Source: Eubacteriales bacterium
GTDB taxonomy: Bacteria; Bacillota; Clostridia; Oscillospirales; CAG-272
NCBI GenBank assembly: GCA_045632405.1
Contig: JAZQWO010000017.1
Location: 12,512 to 76,511, forward strand
Length of the DNA stretch: 64,000 nucleotides
Direction of reading: 5' to 3'
Shown here: piece after piece, positions 29,791 to 39,333 of the stretch
Layout: the number at the start of each line of letters is the position of its first letter
Numbering within the stretch: position 1 is the stretch's first letter
Notes under the pieces: model-generated
Told to the model about the DNA's origin: nothing
The model's input: the letters and a program-made list of their open reading frames with translations, nothing else
Databases searched by the model: none
Translations under genes and position numbers: made by a program

Positions 29791-30334
29791 TTCACTTTCA
29801 CCTCCTTACACTAATACTTTACCACATAAATTTTCGAGTTTCTACTATTTGACTCACAAGAAAAGTTGTTTAGTTCACAAAGTTTTTAATCATAACCTTT
29901 TTCAAATTTTACTTACCCTTTTCAACCCTTATTTTTTGTAGGTTTTTTTCTTTTTCTTTTCTTTTTTAGAGGGTTTTTATGATAGCAGAAAATGTCATTT
30001 ATGACAAGGGGGAACGAAAATGCGTTGCTTACGATAAATATTGTTAGGTGAGCATTTTAGTTCTGGCAAGCCCTTGTCATCCCTGCCATTTCCCGCTGAG
30101 AGAAAGGTGGATTTTTGAGTAGAGGGGGTGAATAATACTCAATGTTTGTATGTGTTTTTTCATATTCAGTAAGGGTTGAAATAAATCTATATTTACTTAA
30201 CTCAAATTTAGATAAAAAACCTTGTGTATCAAATTAAAAACCTTGTGAGTGCAAGTGTTAACTTTTGAATTTTTTTAGGTTATCATTGTAATCACAAAGA
30301 TAAATTCATATTAAAAAGGAAAGGAAATCAAAAA

Positions 30335-31849
30335 ATGAAAACCGCAGTAGTTTATGCTCGATATTCGAGTGAAAGACAAACAGAACAATCTATTGAAGGA
30401 CAATTAAGGGAATGTAATGAATATGCTGCACGAAACGATATTGTTATTGTTGATACATATATTGACCGTGCTATGACGGGAACAAATGATAACAGAACAG
30501 ACTTTCAACGATTATTAAAAGATTGTTCAAAGCGTGCATGGGATTATGTGCTTGTTTACAAGCTTGATAGATTTTCAAGAAACAAGTACGAAATGGCTAT
30601 GCACAAAAAGACCTTGCGTGATAATGGCATTAAGCTTATATCCGTAAAAGAAAACATTCCAGACTCTCCAGAGGGCATTATTCTTGAATCCTTGCTTGAG
30701 GGTATGGCAGAATATTATTCTGCTGAATTATCACAAAAAGTAAGACGTGGAATGCGTGAAGGAAGGATTAAAGGACACTTTGCCGGTGGAGCTGTTCTAT
30801 ATGGCTACAAGGTAATAAACAAGAAAATATTTGTTGATGAAAATACCTCTCAGATTGTCATTAGAATATTTCAAGAGTTTGCAGCAGGCAAATTTGTTAA
30901 AGACATTATTGCCGACCTTACAAATGAGGGAATATATCATAATGGCAAGCCGTTAGGCAGAAATACAGTGTATAAACTTCTAAGAAATGAAAAATATATT
31001 GGTTTGGTACGATACGGTAACGAAGAATTTACTAACATTTATCCTCAAATTGTCCCCAATGCGTTATTTGAAGTTGTTCAAGCAAAGATTGACAATAATC
31101 GTTATGGCAAACACGATTCGGATGCAGTTTATATTTTAAAAGGTAAAATGAGATGTGGTTACTGTGGCAAAACTATTACGTCAGAAAGCGGAACAGGCAA
31201 AAGCGGCAAGGTAAAACGTTACTACAAGTGCTTTGGTAGAAAAAATGCTGGCAATGGTTGTCAAAAAGAAACTATTAGAAAAGAAACTCTCGAATCCTTA
31301 ATTGTTGACACGACTCTCAAATTTTTTGAAGATAAACTTAATTTATCTTTTATTGCAGATAAGATATTGGAATTGCATCAAAAGAGAGTTGCTGACACAT
31401 CTGTTCTCAATATTTTATTAGAAGAAAAAGCTTCGCTTACAAAATCTATTGATAACATTTTAGACGCAATAGCCGAGGGATACCGTTCTTCTAAAACAAA
31501 AGAAAAACTTGAAGAATTTGAAGCAAGGCTTGATATTGTAGAGGGTAAAATCTTAATTGAAAAGGCTAAAGAAAAATCCTCTATTTCAAGAGAGGATATT
31601 ATTAAGTTCCTATCTAAATGTATCAAAAAAGAGCCTTTGCAAATGATTAAGCTTTTGGTAAAAAAAATCATACTATTTGATGATAAGGTTGAAATTTATT
31701 ATAATTACATAGACAAGAAAAGTCCTGATGAATTTGAACATCAGGCTTTTTTGTTTTATACAGAAAATGTTGATTTGTATATAAAGGATGATTACAAATT
31801 AAAGGAGCAGGATTACATTTTAAATATGCTTATTCAAATGTTTATTTGA
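30335..31849 (+). CDS. large serine recombinase (integrase)
   Basis: YARYSS catalytic Ser, KLDRFSR, recombinase domain, CGYCG zinc ribbon, coiled coil. Confidence 0.95.
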   Translation: MKTAVVYARYSSERQTEQSIEGQLRECNEYAARNDIVIVDTYIDRAMTGTNDNRTDFQRLLKDCSKRAWDYVLVYKLDRFSRNKYEMAMHKKTLRDNGIKLISVKENIPDSPEGIILESLLEGMAEYYSAELSQKVRRGMREGRIKGHFAGGAVLYGYKVINKKIFVDENTSQIVIRIFQEFAAGKFVKDIIADLTNEGIYHNGKPLGRNTVYKLLRNEKYIGLVRYGNEEFTNIYPQIVPNALFEVVQAKIDNNRYGKHDSDAVYILKGKMRCGYCGKTITSESGTGKSGKVKRYYKCFGRKNAGNGCQKETIRKETLESLIVDTTLKFFEDKLNLSFIADKILELHQKRVADTSVLNILLEEKASLTKSIDNILDAIAEGYRSSKTKEKLEEFEARLDIVEGKILIEKAKEKSSISREDIIKFLSKCIKKEPLQMIKLLVKKIILFDDKVEIYYNYIDKKSPDEFEHQAFLFYTENVDLYIKDDYKLKEQDYILNMLIQMFI

Positions 31850-32003
31850 GTTTGTTTTTCAAAAAATACACCGTTTTTTGCTTTATTTTTAACGTTCAAA
31901 ATTACAAAATTTACACTTTTTACATTTTAACAAAAGTGCCACAACCCCTTATACCATAAGGCTTTTCGGATTTTTTACAAAGGTGTTCAACTGAGGTTAA
32001 CTG

Positions 32004-32049
32004 TGGCGCGCCATAAACAGAAAAGACAGGACTTGCTCCTGTCTTTTTT
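32004..32049 (+). other. putative att site: tRNA 3'-end remnant (Arg-like GGCGCGCCA) plus terminator
   Basis: TGGCGCGCCA followed by AAAAGACAGG..CCTGTCTTTTTT; composition shifts here. Confidence 0.6.
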
Positions 32050-32064
32050 GTTTATCTTGCCTTG

Positions 32065-32565
32065 GGGAGAGAGTGCGCTCCTTTGCGATTTATCGCAAAT
32101 AGAGTTCGCAAGCAGGGCTAAGCCATCGGGGAGCTTGCTCACCAGTGGCGTGCCGAAGCTCTTTTTGCTTGCAAAAAGCCTCTCCACGAGTCGCGCATGA
32201 TGTTCGCACTGATCCAAATTGCAACCACCCAATCGGGTGGTTTTCTTTTTATATCGCCCCGAGGGCGATGCGTGCGCTCTTTTAAAGCTTTGCTTTAAAT
32301 AGAGTGCGCAAGTGTGACGAAAGGCGTCTGGGAGCTTGCTCACAAGCGCCTCGGCACAACCCATTGCCAAAGGCAATGTATCTCCCGAGGGCGCGATGAT
32401 GTTCGCACCATTCTATATTGAGAGAGTTCGTCCCGTCGCTTCGAACCTCCTTCAAAAACGCAACGCGTTTTTGAATAGAGTTCGCAAGTCCGCCGAAAGC
32501 CGTCGGGGAGCTTGCTCACCAGGGGCTCGTTGCGACTCGTTGCCATAGGCAACGCATCTCCTTCA
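32065..32565. repeat. three tandem structured repeats (multi-hairpin)
   Basis: shared ATAGAGT(T/G)CGCAAG and GGGAGCTTGCTCAC blocks with variable hairpins. Confidence 0.75.
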
Positions 32566-32657
32566 CAATGCATCAGCATTGTCGGGGCGCGCCCATTTTT
32601 CAAGACACACCACCGTCCCCTGTCTCCGTCTCCGGCAATCCTTCTTTTTTAATTGAA

Positions 32658-33704
32658 TTATTTGAGTCTAAAATAACGTATATTCTTTCCGTTGCCTTCG
32701 CGCTTGATCTCTCCTTCGGCAACCATCTTTCGAAGAGCGCCCTCAATAGAGCTTATGCTAAGCGAAGGACATAGCTCTCTGATGTCTTGCTTTGAAAATC
32801 TGCCGATCTTGTTCATCGTTGCACGGCGTACGGTTTCAAGTGCCGGTAGCTTTGTTTCTACAAGTGCGAATCTATCTTCAAAATCCTTATAGGATGCAAG
32901 TATCGTGCCGAGCAAATACTTGATGAACGGAACAGCATCTGCATTTCCTTCGTGCCATCCGTTCTGCGCTTTGCCAAGAGCATCGTAGTACAAGTCTTTA
33001 TTCTTGGCTATCTTTGCTTCAAGAGATATATATTTGCCAACGTAGAATCCGCTTCTATAGAGGAGCAGAGTTGTAAGCAGACGGCTCATTCTGCCGTTAC
33101 CGTCATTGAACGGATGGATGCAGAGGAAATCATGAATGAATATCGGAATCGCAATCAACGGTTCAAGCTCATTGTTGCCGATTACTCTATTAAACTCACT
33201 ACAGATACTATCCAATGCGGTCGGTGTTTCAAAGGGAACAAGCGGAGTGAACAGTGTCCTCGTGCTGCCATCAGGATAGGTTGCACTGATATAATTCTGC
33301 ACGCTCTTTATTCTGCCTGCGTGCGGGTTGTTCATATGGCTATATAGTATTTTGTGGAGTTGCAGAATGTAATTTGGAGTAATCGGGATAGCATCAAAGC
33401 TCTCGTGAATAATATTTAACACATCACGATAGCCTGCGATCTCTTGCTCATCTCTATTTTTGGGCGTGGTCTTATCCTCCACGATCTGCCTAATTCTCGT
33501 GTTGGTCGTAACGATACCTTCAATCGCATTGGAACTCTCGGTACTCTGCACCTTTGCGATCTCTACAAGCTTTTCAAGCTCGTCGGGACGTTGTTTGAGG
33601 TACATCTCTTGCTTTCCGGCTTCCTTGTAGATTGCCGCTATCAGGCCGAGAAGTTCTGAATCCCATTTTTGTTCGTTTATTTTAGAGTAGTTAAATGTTC
33701 TCAT
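32658..33704 (-). CDS. Fic family protein (class II-like, C-terminal HTH)
   Basis: HPFNDGNGRMSR; N-terminal inhibitory SSNAIEG. Confidence 0.95.
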   Translation of the reverse strand: MRTFNYSKINEQKWDSELLGLIAAIYKEAGKQEMYLKQRPDELEKLVEIAKVQSTESSNAIEGIVTTNTRIRQIVEDKTTPKNRDEQEIAGYRDVLNIIHESFDAIPITPNYILQLHKILYSHMNNPHAGRIKSVQNYISATYPDGSTRTLFTPLVPFETPTALDSICSEFNRVIGNNELEPLIAIPIFIHDFLCIHPFNDGNGRMSRLLTTLLLYRSGFYVGKYISLEAKIAKNKDLYYDALGKAQNGWHEGNADAVPFIKYLLGTILASYKDFEDRFALVETKLPALETVRRATMNKIGRFSKQDIRELCPSLSISSIEGALRKMVAEGEIKREGNGKNIRYFRLK

Positions 33705-33902
33705 AACCTTAACCTCACTTTCATTCCCTTAAATGATATCATGTTTTGAGGTTATTGTCAATCGTTTGAGGGAATATTTCCTCAATATTATTTGAAAAAA
33801 GAGGGGATGTTAATCCCTCACTGTTAATATCTGCAGGAAGACAAGTGACGGAGGAAGACAGGGGATGAGCCTGTTCTCTGTCGTCTCCTTTACTGCGATA
33901 TT

Positions 33903-33939
33903 AAAAACAGGATTAAAGGTCGACCTTTAATCCTGTTTT
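33903..33939. terminator. palindromic terminator
   Basis: AAAACAGGATTAAAGGTCGACCTTTAATCCTGTTTT. Confidence 0.75.
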
Positions 33940-33948
33940 GTTATTTAG

Positions 33949-36900
33949 TTACTGTGCGTTCTCGTCAAGAACCTCAAGAGGTCTTGTTTCCTCTGCCTGG
34001 CACTTAGAGCAAACGCGAACCTCGCTTACGTTATCGGTAGCTACTGTCCAGTTGCCCCACTTGTGGTTATAAGAGCCGTCTGTGCACTTTGGAATCTCTT
34101 CCCAAACTGCGTTAAAAGTTGTGTCCTCTGTGAACACGAAGCCGCCTTCAACCTCTTTCACGTCCCAACCGAGGAACTTATAGCCCTCTCTTGTAGGAGT
34201 TGGAAGTGTGAGAGAATCATATGCTGTACCAGCGGAAACGTACATTTCGTACTCGTCCCAGTCAAGCTTGCCCTCGCCCGGTTCAAAGGTAATTGTTACC
34301 TTTTCCTCGTAGTCAGCGCTCTCGTTCTTTTCACCAAGAGTGATTACAACGTCGCCTGCATCGGGAACAACGTCAACATAAAGGAAGCCGTCCTCAATTG
34401 TGCAGGAAATGTTATTCATATACTTTGTGTGCTTATACTCAGAGAGTGCAACAAATGGAATGTTTTTGCCACCCTGTGTAGCTGTTACAGTTGTCCAGCT
34501 ATCAGGAATGTCAACCTTGATTGTCAACGCCTGGTCGAACATAAAGTCGTCAAGACCGTCAGTTACGGAAATTGTGATTGAGCTGTCTGTTCTTTCAAGT
34601 GTTTCAACGCTTGCCTTCTGTGCTTCCTTCAAGTACTTAACAAGGTCATTGTAGGAAGGCGCCCACATACCAAATCTTGTGATATGCTCAAGCTTGGAAA
34701 TGGTTGAAGCATAGCTTGAATAAATTGAACCTGAGCCAAGTGAGTGCAAGCACTCTACTGTGAAGCCGCCAACGGAGTAAAGCTTTTCAACGCCCTTTTC
34801 GTAAGAGCCGATTGTAGCCTTCAAAAGTCTGTACTCACCGCCGTTGCCATCAACAAACTCGAATGTATTGCCATTCAAGTTATATGAGCCGTTTTCACGG
34901 AATTCATACTTATAATCGTTATAGTAATATGTACCTGCATCGTAGCCCATATCAACAAAGGTCATTACGCTCTCGTCAAATACAAGGTTAACGCCTGCCT
35001 TTTCGTAGCCCTCTGTGAGGTAGAACTTAGCGCCGTTAAATGTAACCTCAGTAGCACCCTCGGTAGCCTTGTTGAGGTAAACAACAGAGCCGTCCTTCTT
35101 AACGAAGATATATTCACCCTCTGTCTGGTCTGCCTTGGAAATGTAGGAGTTCAAGTCACCCCAAATCTCTCTGTTTGTAAGCTGATCAGGTGTGTTATAG
35201 AAGATACCTGTATCACCGCCGTTACGGTTAGCAGCAAGTGTGCCTGCCAAATATTCCGCAACAGATGTGGATGTAGCGCCAAGAGGTGCTGCAAAGGTAA
35301 TAACCTGCTGACCCTTGAAGTTGTGTCTGAACCAATACTGTGCAACAACAACCTCACCAAGCAAAGCGGAGCCGGTTGCCTGTCCTGAGTAAATAGATGT
35401 ATGGTTGTATGAGTGTGAGCCTAAGTCAAATACACCTCTTGTGAAGTGCTCCTGCCATATGGAAACAAGAGCGTCGGAATATGTAATAGACATCATAAGA
35501 GTTGCTCTTACACCGTATCTAATATAGTATTCGTTAGCCCAAGTATATGTGTCAAGATAGTTACCGTCGTCAAATGTCTGTGCCCAAGCGCTTGGAGCGT
35601 TATGGAGATAAGGTGTTACCACAGGGTTAACATAGTTCTCTGCATAGCTCATTGTGCTTGTAGCACCGCAGCCCTCGTTACGGCAGGTAGATACCTTTGT
35701 GCCAAGGGTTGTAGTTGTTGCCGCGGTTTCAATTGTGTATTTGCCCCAATCGTGCACCAGGGCATCTGTTGCCTTTGTTCTGATTACCGCACCGCAGGTA
35801 CAGTTCATAACCGTGTAGCCGGGTACACCGCAGGATGCAGGAACAACCTCGCCTGCTCTTGGGTTTGCGTGTGAGCAGCCTGTTGCAGGGTACTCACCAA
35901 ATGGCTGTTCTACAATAGTATATGGTGTGATGTCATATACATAGCTGGTCCAATATTCAGGCTCTCTTGTAAGAGTAAGCTTGATTTTGGATGTTGATTT
36001 TTCAAGGTTAACGTTAAAGGTACAAATACCGTCTGCGTTTGTAACTACAACATCGTTTGTAACGCCTGCCGCAGGAACTGTCAATTCAGTTACCTTTACC
36101 CACTGGCCGTTTTCATAGATTTCAAGGTCAAATCTTCTGTTCTGTCTTGCGCCAACAGAAATTTGAATACAAGCAATATACTTGTCGCTTGGATACTCGA
36201 AAATTGCCCAAGGAGTAGCGTTATATCTTGCGTCAGTTGTCCAATAAGAAGCTGTTGTGTTATCCTTAAGTGTGTCGCCACCTGTTACCCACTCGTTGTA
36301 CTTACCTGAAATGGAAACAGTTGCCTCAGCTGCGATAGAAACAGGAACTCTTTCAACCGCCTCTGTCTTTGCGTATGTCTCAATTTCATAAATAACCGCA
36401 GGTGCATAACGGCTTGCGTGTGTTACGCTTGCCTTAATCTTGTTTGTCTTGATAGGAGCATCAAGGGTCATCATAAACTCACAGCTAATGCCTGCCGCAG
36501 TTGCGTTTTTGTCGCTAACCTCGCCAAGATATACCCATTCTCCGCTTGTTGCATCAAAATATTCAATCTTATATGAAACGTAGCAATCCTCGCCAAGCTC
36601 CCAAGCATAGTAGTTTGGAAGGACGAATTTAAGTGCGCCTACCTCATATTCCCTTGCCAGCTCAAGCTCAACCCAGTCACTTGTGTAGTTTGCGCCGTCA
36701 ACGTATGTGTCTGCATTCCAGAAGGTTGTTACATTGCCGTCAATTGCCATGTTACCCTTTGTTCCGTCAAAGTAAGAGGAAACAAGGAGCTTGCCAAGCT
36801 TTGCAACGTTAACAAACTTTTCATTTACGTAGTTACCACCTGTGTAAAGGTAGCTAACGTTAACTCTTTCGTGATAAAGCTCATCCTCTGTTGCGTTGTA

Positions 36901-37698
36901 GCCCGCGCTCATTTTCTGAATTGCACCGCCACAGTGGATACAAGGATTTTCCATCATACCGCCAACGTACAAGGTTGGCTTAACTACTGTTGTCCAACCA
37001 AGTGGGTCATACTCGTGCGCACCTGTTGCCTTAAGCTTTGTAGTTGCAGAAAGCCCGCAGCCGTTTGGACAGTATGTCTTTGAATAACCGTCAAGAGCGC
37101 AGGTTGGCTCTACTCTTTCCTCAAGCTCCAAGTGGGGGAGCTTTTTGAGGCTTTCGTCATTGTTTCTGTCATATCTCTGCACATTCTTGCAAAGAACGCA
37201 CTTTTCAACGCGCTTGCCTGCATATTCACAGGTAGGTGCCTCGTACTCGGTCACCTCATAAACGTGCTCGCAGTCAGCTGTAGAACCGCCGCTGCCTGCA
37301 CGGTCAAACACTGCAACCAAGGTGATATCACCAGTTACAATGCTCTTGTTAAAGTCCCATTTCTGATTTTTGTCGCCGCCAACGCACCAGCCGTAAAACT
37401 CCATGCCCTTTCTGTATGGCTCGTAGTCAGGTCTTGCTACCTTACCGTTTGCCTTTACAACCTGGTCAGGAATAGATGGCTTGTCGCTTGTACGCGAGGT
37501 GTCAAACTTAACGGTATAGGTAGTATCGCTATCTGTACCGGGTCCGTCTGGTCCCTCATCCCCGTCGTTGCTAGATTCTGTGCTTGAGCTTGGAGCGGTG
37601 CTTGGTGGGGTGTCACTCTGACCGCAGGCAACAAAGCATAAGCAAAGCATCATAAGCATAGCCAACAACAGTGATATTCTAACTAATGCTTTTTTCAT
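33949..37698 (-). CDS. multidomain lipoprotein: InlB-B/Flg_new repeats, Cys/His repeats, discoidin-like domains, polysaccharide deacetylase-like domain
   Basis: lipobox FVAC; F.GW repeats; PTC..C..C; TFDDG and HSYNH CE4 motifs. Confidence 0.8.
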   Translation of the reverse strand: MKKALVRISLLLAMLMMLCLCFVACGQSDTPPSTAPSSSTESSNDGDEGPDGPGTDSDTTYTVKFDTSRTSDKPSIPDQVVKANGKVARPDYEPYRKGMEFYGWCVGGDKNQKWDFNKSIVTGDITLVAVFDRAGSGGSTADCEHVYEVTEYEAPTCEYAGKRVEKCVLCKNVQRYDRNNDESLKKLPHLELEERVEPTCALDGYSKTYCPNGCGLSATTKLKATGAHEYDPLGWTTVVKPTLYVGGMMENPCIHCGGAIQKMSAGYNATEDELYHERVNVSYLYTGGNYVNEKFVNVAKLGKLLVSSYFDGTKGNMAIDGNVTTFWNADTYVDGANYTSDWVELELAREYEVGALKFVLPNYYAWELGEDCYVSYKIEYFDATSGEWVYLGEVSDKNATAAGISCEFMMTLDAPIKTNKIKASVTHASRYAPAVIYEIETYAKTEAVERVPVSIAAEATVSISGKYNEWVTGGDTLKDNTTASYWTTDARYNATPWAIFEYPSDKYIACIQISVGARQNRRFDLEIYENGQWVKVTELTVPAAGVTNDVVVTNADGICTFNVNLEKSTSKIKLTLTREPEYWTSYVYDITPYTIVEQPFGEYPATGCSHANPRAGEVVPASCGVPGYTVMNCTCGAVIRTKATDALVHDWGKYTIETAATTTTLGTKVSTCRNEGCGATSTMSYAENYVNPVVTPYLHNAPSAWAQTFDDGNYLDTYTWANEYYIRYGVRATLMMSITYSDALVSIWQEHFTRGVFDLGSHSYNHTSIYSGQATGSALLGEVVVAQYWFRHNFKGQQVITFAAPLGATSTSVAEYLAGTLAANRNGGDTGIFYNTPDQLTNREIWGDLNSYISKADQTEGEYIFVKKDGSVVYLNKATEGATEVTFNGAKFYLTEGYEKAGVNLVFDESVMTFVDMGYDAGTYYYNDYKYEFRENGSYNLNGNTFEFVDGNGGEYRLLKATIGSYEKGVEKLYSVGGFTVECLHSLGSGSIYSSYASTISKLEHITRFGMWAPSYNDLVKYLKEAQKASVETLERTDSSITISVTDGLDDFMFDQALTIKVDIPDSWTTVTATQGGKNIPFVALSEYKHTKYMNNISCTIEDGFLYVDVVPDAGDVVITLGEKNESADYEEKVTITFEPGEGKLDWDEYEMYVSAGTAYDSLTLPTPTREGYKFLGWDVKEVEGGFVFTEDTTFNAVWEEIPKCTDGSYNHKWGNWTVATDNVSEVRVCSKCQAEETRPLEVLDENAQ

Positions 37699-37795
37699 TT
37701 TGTTCTCCTATTGCGAAATATCGCATTATAAATATTCCCCCCGGGAATTAGCCGGGGGGAACCAACTTGTTCACCAGTCGTTATTCAGTTGAAAA

Positions 37796-39115
37796 TTATT
37801 CCTCTGCAACCTTAACGAATGCAACCTCCTGCCACTTGGATGTACCTTGTGGTGGGTTATCCTCAACAAATTTAACAGCAATGATCTTCTTGGAAGAGTC
37901 AGGCTCTACAAATGGTGAGCTTTCCTTGTCAGGAGCTGCACCGCAAACGCCGAGAAGAACAAAGTCGCTCTCGCCCTCGTACTGAACGAATACGTTAATA
38001 GATGTTACGCCTTCACCCTTGAAGTAAATTCTATCAAGAGCTGTTGCCTCAAGCAAGTTGAACTGAACATAAGCAGCACCGTTACCTCTTGGGCCAACGA
38101 ATTCGCCAAAGCCTTCGTCCCATCTGTTGTTGATAAGGTTTGTGAATGGTACGTTATAGAAGTTAGCTGTGCTACCGTCAAGCTGTGCGCCTGGGTTGTT
38201 ACCGAGAAGAGCAACTGTTACGTTCTTATACTCAACAATTTCCTTTTCGCCACATCCAGGTCTTGAGCATGTGCGCTGCTTAGCCATGAATGCTTCTTCC
38301 CACATACCGAACTGATGTCCCTTAGCAGGGTCACCAATCTTGATTTCCTTGTTCTGGCAGTACTCGCAGTAACGAGCGGATGTACCTGGCTTTGTGCAGT
38401 CAGCCTTCTGGTCCTCTTCCCAAGCACCGTAAAGGTGGTCGTAAGAGCCGTCTGTACATTCAGCCTTCTGGTCCCACTTAGCATAAAGCATTGTGTCTGC
38501 ATCGTACTTGTTAGAAAGGGAAGCTGCAATTGTGCAAGCCTCATCCTTATACCAACCGCTGAATGCCCAACCGGACTCATCTGTAACAGGAGTTGGGAAC
38601 TTGTCAAGTCTGCCGCCCTTAGAAATTTCCATTTCGTAGTCAGCGCTGTTTTCAAAACGACCAATACCTGTGTTAAATTCGATTGTTACCTTTTCTTCTG
38701 GAACGTCAGGCTGATCGTTGCCGCCTGTTGATGAGTCTGTTGTACCTGGGTTATTGCCGCCCTTTTCTTCCCAGATAGCGTAAAGAGTTGTGTTCTCGTT
38801 GAAAATGTCAACGGAATCCCATTCCTCTTCGCCTGCTCTGTCATATGCCCAGTAAAGGAACTTGTAGCCGTCCTTTTCAGCCTCAGGGAGCATGCTCTTC
38901 TTGAGCTTTGTGCCCTTTTCAATCTCAATTTCCTCATCGCCGTCGATGATGTCACCGCCACGTGGGCTGAATGAGATAGTAATCATTTCTTTTGTTGCGG
39001 AGCTGTCTGTTGATGGTGTTGTTGGATCTTCCTCACCGCAGGCAATAACCATAGGGATGAGAAGCATGCAAGCAATCGCCAAGCAGATAAGCTTAATCAA
39101 TGTTGCTTTTTTCAT
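37796..39115 (-). CDS. lipoprotein with InlB-B repeats and C-terminal discoidin-like domain
   Basis: lipobox VIAC; GWAFSGWY..LYAKW. Confidence 0.8.
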   Translation of the reverse strand: MKKATLIKLICLAIACMLLIPMVIACGEEDPTTPSTDSSATKEMITISFSPRGGDIIDGDEEIEIEKGTKLKKSMLPEAEKDGYKFLYWAYDRAGEEEWDSVDIFNENTTLYAIWEEKGGNNPGTTDSSTGGNDQPDVPEEKVTIEFNTGIGRFENSADYEMEISKGGRLDKFPTPVTDESGWAFSGWYKDEACTIAASLSNKYDADTMLYAKWDQKAECTDGSYDHLYGAWEEDQKADCTKPGTSARYCEYCQNKEIKIGDPAKGHQFGMWEEAFMAKQRTCSRPGCGEKEIVEYKNVTVALLGNNPGAQLDGSTANFYNVPFTNLINNRWDEGFGEFVGPRGNGAAYVQFNLLEATALDRIYFKGEGVTSINVFVQYEGESDFVLLGVCGAAPDKESSPFVEPDSSKKIIAVKFVEDNPPQGTSKWQEVAFVKVAEE

Positions 39116-39333
39116 CGTTATGTTTCCTTTCAATATTTTTTTACTTAACAATAAGGGGTAGCAAATCCCCGCTTTTGCGTATATATTATAACATTTAACT
39201 AATACTAAGTCAATATCGACATTTCTTTTTGTGTCTTTTCGTTCTTTTGCACAACACCAAAGCCTTAAACAAAAAAATGTAGGCAATGCTTTTGTGCACA
39301 TTGCCTACAATTATATTACTTTATATAAATTTC

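Larger units (their letters stand above)
1..32013. mobile_element. integrated island/provirus-like element; left end outside window
   Basis: AT-rich block ending at serine recombinase + tRNA 3' remnant; contains Rep, ATPase, repressor and toxin cargo. Confidence 0.7.

Noticed and set aside
15856-31849. Conventional ICE or tailed prophage
   Set aside because: No VirB4/VirB6/coupling protein set, and no terminase, portal, tail or lysis genes recognised
31987-32774. Short ORFs in the repeat region
   Set aside because: They are translations of structured repeats (recurring LVSKLPD) without convincing RBS
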